Positions 54,630-64,000 of a DNA stretch of 64,000 nt are shown here, piece after piece. Every line of letters starts with the position of its first letter. Position 1 is the first letter of the stretch. The DNA comes from Octopus vulgaris (taxonomy: Eukaryota): contig OX597833.1 in the NCBI GenBank assembly GCA_951406725.2, positions 15,624,001-15,688,000 of the forward strand. The letters are read 5' to 3'. A model generated the notes under the pieces. It did no database searches and was not told where the DNA came from. It saw nothing but the letters and a program-made list of their open reading frames with translations. A program made the position numbers and the translations under genes.

Positions 54630-54813
54630 CCTACCTGGATGAAAATTAATACAAGAAACAATATATAACATTATATATGTTAGATAATGTTTATGTATGT
54701 ATGTGTTTATTAGCTGAAATTCATTAGTCATCATTGATTGTTGTAACTATTGAATTAATAAATTACTTGTTTCTAAGAAAATAATATTTGTTGCATGTCT
54801 AGAATTTTCAAGC

Positions 54814-55378
54814 TGGATTTCACGGTGGCGCAGTGTATTTTATTCGAATTGGGTTATTTTAGGATTTGATCGTGGGCCAACTATGTCTCATTTGATCGTG
54901 GGCCAACTATGTCTCATTGTCACATCTTTATATACATTTGTATATATATGACATCGGTCGTGCGTTTGTACTGGTTTTAGCTTTAAGATTTTAGGGTTAG
55001 GGTTAGAGTTTTAGGGTTACGTTTAGGGTTTTAGGGTTAGGGTTTTAGGGCTAGAGTTAGTGTTAAGGCTTAAGGGTTAGGGTTAGGGTTAGGGTTGTCA
55101 TAAATAACAGTGTCAAATGAAATATACTCCGCCAGAAGTTCTTGTTGACAGACAACAGCAGTAATTTTATTCAGCTGAATACACGTCAATGATTGGTTGA
55201 AATTACCAAAATACGAGAACTTTAACGTGAAATAACTTCACAAATATACGCTTTTCTCAAAAAACGCTAAGAGTAAAAGATGTTTTATATGACACATTCT
55301 ACCAGTGTCCGATGTTTGAAAGTGTTTAGTTACAAAAAATTATTTTTTAAAATCTGTCGGTCAAAAGGTAAAGATCGA
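54814..55378 (-). mobile_element. MITE-related element with expanded degenerate (TTAGGG)n array (54990-55095)
   Basis: 55170-55378 is the reverse complement of a relative of the 30576 MITE 5' half. Internal 26-bp tandem duplication at 54863-54917, and the terminus is repeated at ~55550-55583. Confidence 0.7.
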
Positions 55379-56194
55379 TTTTTGTTTTTGAACGCTTTTG
55401 CTTTCCATTATCGCCGAACCTCTTCATTCTTAAACCATCTCAATTCTGAATACGGGAGATACACTCGCGTAAATGTAGTTAAGATACAGCTTATCTATAT
55501 AAGCTGTATATAAAACTACTGTTTTATATTTAAAAAAATATAAAAATATTTTTTTTAATCTGTCGGTCAAAAGGTAAAGATCCCACTGCCAAATATATCC
55601 CTCATTTGGTATTCCTCGTGCCTACCTGTACTTGGTTGACAATAGATTTCCTATGAAATCTGTGGCTGAGGAGTTAACTGTAAAAGCGTATCCAACCATA
55701 AATTCAATTGCCACGGTGAAATCCATAACTGCCATTTTAATATGGAAAATGAATGTCAGCTAAAATTGAAGTGACTAATAGTTGTAAATGTATATTTCAC
55801 TATCTAAAACATAGTCAGATTTAGTTACCTTCTTCTCAAAATTTCCTAACACTTACTTTTGTGTTAAATACCTAATTTATTGAAAATTATTTCTAATAAA
55901 TGGCCAGGTTGATATTTTAGACATCACTGTCTCTGAAGAACATTTCCTGAGGGGAATTTCGATAGAAATTACTACTTTTCCAATGTTGTTGTTTTTATCG
56001 TTCATGGCGGATTTGGAACTCAATATTACACATATTTATCTCCAAATGGAAACCAAATACTTTTTCCTGATGTAACAATGCTTACTATTTCCAAAAGTGA
56101 GTAACATTATTTTAAAACCTGTTTCATAGAAAAGTATTTTATAACGTGAATCTTTGCAGTTTCGCCCACACTATCCGATTTCATTCGAATTTTC

Positions 56195-56655
56195 TATACC
56201 TATTTTTTACTACCCACAAGAGGCTAAACACAGAGAGGACAAACAAGGATGTACAAACGGATTAAGTCGATTATATCGACCCCAGTGCATAACTGTTACT
56301 TATTTAATCGACCCCGAAAGGATGACAGGCAAAGTTGATCTCGGCGGAATTTGAACTCAGAACGTAACGGCAGACGAAATACTGCTAAGCATTTCGCCCG
56401 ACCTGCTAACGTGTCTTATTTCTTTATTGCCCACAAACATAGAGGCTAAACATAGAGGGGACAAACTAGGACAGACAAATGGATTAAGTCGATTACATCG
56501 GCTCCAGTGCGTAACTGGTACTTAATTTATCGACCCCGAAAGGATGAAAGGCAAAGTCGACCTCGGCGGAACTTGAACTCAGAAAGCAACGGCGGATGAA
56601 ATACCACAAAGCATCTCACCCGGCGTGCTAACGTTTCTGCCAGATCCCTGCCTTC
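56195..56655 (-). mobile_element. Family A SINE tandem dimer
   Basis: Two units matching the reverse complement of 48676-48910. Confidence 0.9.
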
Positions 56656-57692
56656 GAATTTTCTACACCGATCAGTGTTGCCTCCTAATGCGAAAGTCAC
56701 ATTTATTTTTTACAGAAATTAAGGATAAAACTATCACAAAACCTATAAATTTTGAAATTATAATTCAGAAGATACTATTACTGACAAAAGTGAAATCGTA
56801 TTTGTCTGATTCCTTAATAGCATCGCCCACAAGTCGATCTGTTTGTTTTGTTTAGAACAAAGTAGTGATGCGGTGTGGAGGTATGTGGTTTAGTGTATAG
56901 GGTGCTGAACTCACGATCGCGGTTTCGAACCGTATAATGCGCCTTGTTCTTGAGCAAACCCGTTCACTCAGCTAGCAAAAGTGACTAATCGTTTAACAGA
57001 ACGACATCCTGTCCAGTGGGAAACATACACGCCACAGGCACCAAGAAAGAGGCCCAATGAGTGTATATAACTCGAAAAGGAGCCTTTATTTTAAAGCAAG
57101 TTAGTTTTACAGTGTGAGGCTAGGGTCAGGGGTAATCGGATAGGGTTAGGCTTAGAAACTTTTAGGGCTACTGATGCAGTTAGGGAGCAGATAAGAACAT
57201 TTTCACCTCTTGTAAAAACTGGTTGAGTGCATAGCAGAATTTCGTATCCTATCTTCCATTTCGAAACTTTCAATTGTAAATTGTTCCTTCCACATTTAGA
57301 TATGGAAGGAACATACCAATTTCTTTTTTAAACTTTTTCATCTTTAATATATTTTGGTGACGATCTAAATTGCTTTCATTAAATTCATTTTATTCGTTGA
57401 AAAGAGGAATTGCTTTATGTTGATGCAATGTTGTTTTAATTGTTTATCAACAACACGGGAAAAACTGTGACTTCAAGTAATATTTTCTTAATCTGTCTTA
57501 ACAATAGATGAGATTTTCTTCATTAGCATACTGAATTATATTAGTATAAAAGTACAGAAACCGAATACAATTAACCAATCGGAACGAGACTACCAAGATC
57601 TAGAGCGCAAAAAAAACATCAATTTATTGATCTAACACTATCTTGTCAGCATTAATTTAACTCATTTAATTTTTCTGTTAGACTCTTAGTTT

Positions 57693-58170
57693 ATCATCAT
57701 CATCATCATTGTTCGACCGTGGTCGAGACAATGGAATTTACCAGGATACGCCAGACTTCACGGTCCATCATGGCATTACGGAGGTCCTGTTGCTGGATGC
57801 CTGTATCCCTGGAGATTACATCAGGGTAGGAGAGTGTGCGCCCTCTGGTATTGCGAGTAGATGGCTTCCAGAGGAGAAGAGTAGAAATTACTTCTTTTTC
57901 AGCTCTACAACAATGTCCAGCAAACTGGACTCTCCTACCTTTCACAAGAGATGACACAGGTGGTAGTTTCCCATATATTTGCATTTTGGTTGGATGGAGC
58001 TTCCACGAGAGATTTTGAGCTCTCATAAGGAGGCGAGTGTAGGTTCCATCCAACCGCCTCTCAAGCTTCTTTGATAACGTCCAGGTTTCTGAGCCATATA
58101 GTAGAATTGGTTCGACTGTGGCTTTGAAGATTTCAAGTTTGAAGTCTCTACTTAAGATTTGATGACCAGA
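57693..58170 (-). mobile_element. RTE-like LINE 3' fragment with (TGA)n tail
   Basis: FKATVEPILLYGSETWTLSKKLERRLDGTYTRLL...FAGHC...DLRNAMMDREVWR, with the stop codon running into the tgatgatga tail. Confidence 0.9.
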
Positions 58171-58412
58171 TCTTATGCATGCCATAATAATCTTGGTAAA
58201 TAACTTTGAAGTATGTGACATTAATAAATTAATGTTCTGGATATATATGTATGGGGACTAGTGGTAATAAAATGGTAAACACAGAAGTAATGTATTAAGT
58301 AAAGAAAACAGCATGCACATATATACACATATATATATATTATTTACAGGATATACATACATAAGTATATATATATATATATATACATATGTATATATAT
58401 ATATATATATAT

Positions 58413-60724
58413 ACGAAGCATCCACCATCTCTCCAACTTAAACTTTCATAAAGCAAACTGGAAGTTGATTGAGAAAGAGATCCTCAAACAGGATTGGTCT
58501 AAATGTCTCTCCACACCGGACTTAAACATGAAACACGAACACTTCATGTCCATAATACAAGCCATATGTGACAAATATGTCCCAGTGTGCAGGGCCAGTA
58601 CACACAAAAACAAAAACAGGATCCCTAGAGAAAGGAAGATTCTTATGAGACGGCGGACAAGGATTGCGAACCGCCTGAGCAAGCACACCAAAAGTGGTGA
58701 GAAGTCTCGGCTCGAGAGAATGCTAATGGAAACTGAGAAAAGTCTGCATCAGTCCCATGAAAAGGAGAGAGCAGATAAAGAAGCTTGGGTAATAGAAAAT
58801 AGAAAATCAAACCCTAAAGCTTTCTTTAAGTTTACCAAAGAGACAGCCACAGTGCACCAGAGAATAGGACCTCTCTTCCAAAAAGATGGCTCTCTCACAG
58901 GAAATCCCACGAGGATAAGTGAAATACTGAACGAACAATTCCAAAGTGTGTTCACTACACCTCTAGGACACAGGCAAGTAAACAACCCAGAAGAATTCTT
59001 TGCCACTTTACCTGCGGCCAAAGAGGCAAAAATTGAGTACATCAACATCGAAGATGATGATATCACACTAACCATAGATGAGATTGACACAAACTCAGCT
59101 GCTGGACCTGATGGATTCCCAGCGATCCTTCTCAAATCGTGCAAACGAGCCCTTGCAAAACCGCTACAGCTTCTTTTTCAGAGCTTTCTTGCAAGTGGTA
59201 AGCTCCCAGTCAAATTGAAAGAGAGGGTAATATGCCCTATCCATAAGGGAGGTAGCAGAGCAGATGCTAAAAATTATAGGCCTATCTCTCTGACCTCACA
59301 CATCAGCAAAGTCATGGAACGAATAGTCCGTAAGAAACTAATCATGTTCTTTGAAGAAAATGACTTGCTGTCTGACACCCAGCATGGATTTCGACCAGGT
59401 AGAAGCTGCCTAACACAGCTCCTGCAACACTATGACTGGGTGTTGAAACAGCTACTAAATGGCTCAAATGTGGATATAATATATCTCGACTTTGCAAAAG
59501 CCTTTGATAAGGTCGACCATGGTATGATCTGTCACAAACTGCGTGGTCTCGGCATAGGCGGAAAACTTGGAGAGTGGCTGCACAACTTCCTAAAAGACAG
59601 AAAACAGGCAGTTGTGAGCAATGGAGCCACCTCAAAGGAAACCCAAATAGCAAGCGGTGTCCCACAGGGCACTGTCTTGGGGCCACTGATGTTCATAGTG
59701 GCCCTTTCAGACATGCCTTCAGTTGCTACGATGACCACCCTTGCTAGCTATGCAGATGACACAAAAGTCTCCCACGCAATACAAAACCGTGAAAATATAG
59801 CGCATCTGCAACAGGAGTTGGACACAATATACAGGTGGGCTGAGGACAACAACATGCAGTTTAATGCAGGTAAGTTCCAGGCCCTGCGCTACTGGCACAC
59901 AAAGGTAAACGACGTGCAGACTGGATACACTGGCCCAGGAAGAATTGCAATCCCTGAGTCAAAATCAGTGCGTGACCTGGGCATTGACATGAGCAATGAT
60001 GCATCTTTCCAAGTGCATATTGCTAATCTGGTGATAAAATGCAGACGGCTAGCTGGATGGATTCTCCGAAGTTTCAGAACAAGAGAGAAGGAGAAACTGA
60101 TGGTCCTATGGAAAACATTCGTCCTCAGCCGCTTGGACTACTGCTCCCAACTGTGGTAACCACACAATATAAAACTAACAGCAGAACTCGAAGCAATTCA
60201 GAGAAGCTACACAAAGAAAATCGTCTCAATGCAAAATATCAGCTACTGGGAAAGACTGAAGGTATTAAACCTCTTCTCCCTAGAGCGAAGGCGGGAGAGA
60301 TATGCGGTGATATACATCTGGAAAATTCAGGAAGGTCTTGTCCCAAACATTGGCATTCAAAGTTACCCCAACCGCAGAACGGGGCGCTACTGCATGGTGC
60401 CAAGGATTCCAACATCACCATCAAAATACAGGTCCAGATACTGCAACAGCTTGGGTTTCAGAGGACCACAGTTCTTTAACATCCTCCCTAAATGCCTGAG
60501 AGACTTACATGGTGTGGGTTTCTTTAAAACTAAACTGGATCTCTTCTTGTCGGGAGTCCCAGATGAACCTACCTCACGACAGGAGACACAGATGCGGGCA
60601 GCAGCATCGAACTCCCTTATTGATCAAGTGCCACGTATCAGAGGTGGATTCACAAATTAGTGTAGCTCATTCAGCAGTGGTGCCCCAGCATTGCCGCGGC
60701 CTTCGGGCTAAAACATTTTAAAGG

Positions 60725-60730
<6 letters not shown>
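58413..60730 (+). mobile_element. 5'-truncated CR1/L2-group LINE inserted in a (TA)n tract
   Basis: RT ORF2 remnant followed by a short 3' UTR with a stem-loop, with (TA)n on both sides. Exact clade not resolved. Confidence 0.93.
58465..60660 (+). pseudogene. LINE ORF2 reverse transcriptase with no endonuclease domain and one in-frame stop at 60157-60159
   Basis: Motifs AGPDG, NYRPISLTS, QHGFRPGRSC, YLDFAKAFD, GVPQGTVLGP and YADD. ORF 60229-60660 continues in the same frame (SLERRRERY). Confidence 0.93.
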
Positions 60731-60791
<61 letters not shown>

Positions 60792-60961
60792 ATATATATA
60801 TATATATGTATATCCTGTAAATAATAATAATAGTATTTTTATATGAAGCTTTTGGCGATCACCGTGCAATCACTAAGGAAAATAGTTTAATAAAGGGGCA
60901 TATAAGCCCTCGACAGAAAAAAGAAGGCTTTCCTATCCGCGTGGGTGTTGAACCCACATCT

Positions 60962-61010
<49 letters not shown>

Positions 61011-61012
<2 letters not shown>

Positions 61013-61792
61013 TCTCTCTATATAAACGGCAGTTTGTCTGTCTGTGTGTCTGTGTGTCTCTCAGGTTGTACCCTGACCCTGACCACGGCTTTCAACCGAT
61101 TCTGATGAAACTTGACACACACATAGCCCAATGTCATAATTCAAGACTAACGCAGCGAAGATTTTGAAAAGTTCCCCCAGTTCTGAAAAAGATCGACATG
61201 GGGTCGAGAATCTTAAGCTTTTTATATGCAACACATTTTCTGTTGTAGTTTTCGCAACTTGCAATCGATTTTCACCAAACTCATGGTGAAGCTTAATGTT
61301 ACCCTAAGAAACTTAATTCTGACGTTAGTTTTCTATGCAATACCTTACCATCAGAAAAAATCGATAAAATCATACCATTTTGGGAAATCGCGTTCAAATT
61401 CAAGATGACATATTTTCGACAATATCTTTCACAAATTGGCAGGAATTTTTTTTTTAATTCACAGCGATCATCATGTCTGGTCCAAGGAGCTATATGGCCC
61501 TTTTTAATTCCAATATGATACCTTATTACTGGAAAAAATCGGTTAATTAAATCATATGTGGCACACATAGCAAACCGATTTGTGTATTAAACACAAACCA
61601 CAGACTGTCTAGGGGACGCAATTGGTTGGGTTGAATTATCGATAGCTGTTTGATAGTTATTTGGGAGTGAAGAGAAGACATTGCAACCTACACATGCGCC
61701 TTCGTTCCCTAGAGGGAAAGGACTAGATTGGGATTAGTCGTTGCCTACTAGGGGCTCTTACATATCCGGGCAACACTGGGCTATGCTGCTAG
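61011..61792 (+). mobile_element. Non-autonomous Helitron, apparently complete
   Basis: A|TC 5' end (tctctctctatataaacggcag), subterminal GC-rich hairpin-like ccggggcaacactggg and a CTAG|T 3' end, with no TSD. Confidence 0.78.
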
Positions 61793-62094
61793 TGTATGTA
61801 TATTTTGTATATGCATAATATGTGCATATGTCTAAACGATGCGATCAAGCATGGAGCATTTCCTTATGTGTTTACGGATGGTTGAAATGTTTGTGTGTGT
61901 GTGTATACATATATGTGGGGGTGTGCGTATGTGTGTATATATAGCGGGGGGGAGCATGTCCAGGCTTTCATATTACATGCATCTTACGTCAGTTGTTCAT
62001 GTATACAAAGTTGTGTTAAACACACACATGTATGTATGCATGGAAAAATGTGTGTGTGAGTATAATATATATGTATGTGTGTGTGCATGTGTAT

Positions 62095-62147
<53 letters not shown>

Positions 62148-62222
62148 CTTATAATATTCATACGCATCTTTGAATATATGAATATATATCTATATACACA
62201 CACACATATATATATCTCCATA

Positions 62223-62270
<48 letters not shown>

Positions 62271-62304
62271 ATGTGTTTATGTGTATATATATATATATAT
62301 ATAT

Positions 62305-62507
62305 CAAAATGTGACCTCGGGTGTACCGTTGGCGATTTTTTTCCCTCTGTCTTCCCTTCTCTGGATCTTTCCTTCTATGTTTCCGACGATCTCCGCTCGA
62401 AACGTTAAACCCTCTTTCTTTCCTTCATTCCTAAGCGTCCAATAATACTATATTTACTCCACGTTCTTGCGTTGTTGTGTTTTTTGTGCTTTCTTGTTTG
62501 GATTAAC

Positions 62508-62508
<1 letters not shown>
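62305..62508 (+). mobile_element. Third copy of the short (TA)n-embedded repeat; hammerhead stem II damaged (62379-62410)
   Basis: Homologous to 2018-2251 and 23690-23875. Confidence 0.7.
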
Positions 62509-62568
<60 letters not shown>

Positions 62569-63676
62569 TTACAGATATAGGGTGAAATATAATTGCTTTA
62601 ATAAAATCAACAAATCTCACATAGTAGTATTTCGGTATGGAAAAAGACCATATTCGGTGAAAAACTTATATAATTATAATAATAAGGGTTTTTGCAACAA
62701 GTTGCTTGACCACATACACAAAATTTTAGAAATAGCAGCCAAAGGACTACTATATAGTAGTAAGTTTGCCTTTTTATTTTCTTCAAAAGTTTGTGTTTGG
62801 ATAAAATTTTTTATGGAAAAGTTATGCAACAACTAATAAATACAAAATACATTCGATTGTGCAAATTCCTTGCACGGGAAACCTGCCTTTGTATGGCGTG
62901 TTTCTCCATTTTGTAAATTCGTCTTCGGCTTTTTTTTCTAAAGTCGTTCTTTGAGAAGAACGGTGGTCTCCTTGACAACGCTTACGACGTTGTATTCCCT
63001 CCCCTCCCCTTCCCCACTGCTTCACGAGGGAGGGAAAGAAGGGGTGGATTGAGACAGGTGCACGTGCGAGCATGGACGCCGACACACGAAGAATTTGAAG
63101 AACCCAGACGACAACTTCACAGTCAACGACTACTACGTACAACTCTGCCACGACCACCACCAACTATGCCGAAAGAACGTATCTGGTGGACGCATCTGAA
63201 AGTATTGGAGACAAACACTTTCCTCTCTGGTCAACCTCTCATCAACTTCTTCAAGTGTCACTTGAAGAGGAAAGTGAGAGTAAAGAGGCAAGTTTTGTCT
63301 AGCGAATGTTTTAAAAAAAAGATGGGTGAATGTAGCAAGGATGGCACGTATGAATGACGAAGCCACCTTGAGCATGATCCTATGAACGAAAAAAAGAAAG
63401 GAAAAAGAGAGACATGTACTGTAATGTGCTTTTTGTATGACATTCTTGCCCAAGGTTACCGTGGTGTTTCCGCTTTTCTTTTCACAGATAAACCTAATCT
63501 GTTTTCCCTTTTTACATTTGACATTTCTGTGAATTTGGTTGGGTTCCGTCTACCAAATCCACTCACAAGGCTTTGGTCGGCCCGAGGCTATAGTAGAAGA
63601 TACTATACGCCGTGGTACTGAACCCGGAACCTTGTGGTTGGTAAGCAAGCTACTTACCACACAGCCACTCCTGCAC

Positions 63677-64000
63677 CTATATATAAAGCTGAAGTTGTCT
63701 GTGTATGGCAGGTTTGGTAGCCTTCAACAAACACTATCTCCTCCGAGACCCTGCGGCACAAGTTGACCAAAATTGAGTGTATGATAGAAGAAGGCTTGCT
63801 CTTCTTTCCGTAGAAGAAAAAATCCAAATCGGACCATGTTAACACCAAAAATTATTTACATCAAAAAGGTGCTTATTTTTCTATGAAAATCTCTATTTTT
63901 TACGATTTTTTGACAGTTGTGTCGCCATTTTTCGGTGTATTTCAACCAGAAAAATGCACACTTAAAGAGAATAACAAGCTACATAATGCAAAACTTTTCA
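63677..64000 (+). mobile_element. Helitron-like element, 5' part (runs off the window)
   Basis: Homologous to 34445-34685. Confidence 0.55.

Noticed and set aside
54990-55095. TTAGGG array as a true telomere or fusion site
   Set aside because: It is short, degenerate, in a single orientation and internal to a repeat element.
62822-63357. Overlapping 100-113 aa ORFs in a moderately GC-rich patch
   Set aside because: No recognisable domain; probably a repeat remnant, left unresolved.

Overview
This is AT-rich, repeat-saturated eukaryotic non-coding DNA (intergenic or a very large intron). The very long (TA)n/(TAT)n/(CA)n tracts, dense tRNA-derived SINEs and a GC-rich 18S rRNA fragment are consistent with an octopus (coleoid cephalopod) genome; this is an inference, not a search result. 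No host protein-coding gene could be supported, and most listed ORFs are microsatellite or SINE artefacts. Identifiable fossils are a 5'-truncated CR1/L2-group LINE with a near-intact RT, plus CR1, RTE-like, CRE-like and Penelope fragments, a hAT (Buster/SPIN-type) element, mariner and DD37D/maT elements, Helitrons, a TTAGGG-bearing MITE family and four SINE families. The main unexplained signal is about a dozen hammerhead-ribozyme motifs from several unrelated short elements, most of them embedded in (TA)n tracts. Most are minimal type I hammerheads with palindromic stem III, and two show C3-G8 to U3-A8 covariation. One (29338-29412, minus strand) has all three hammerhead strands joined in an order that is not type I, II or III. 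All structures were read by eye and none has been computed or tested.
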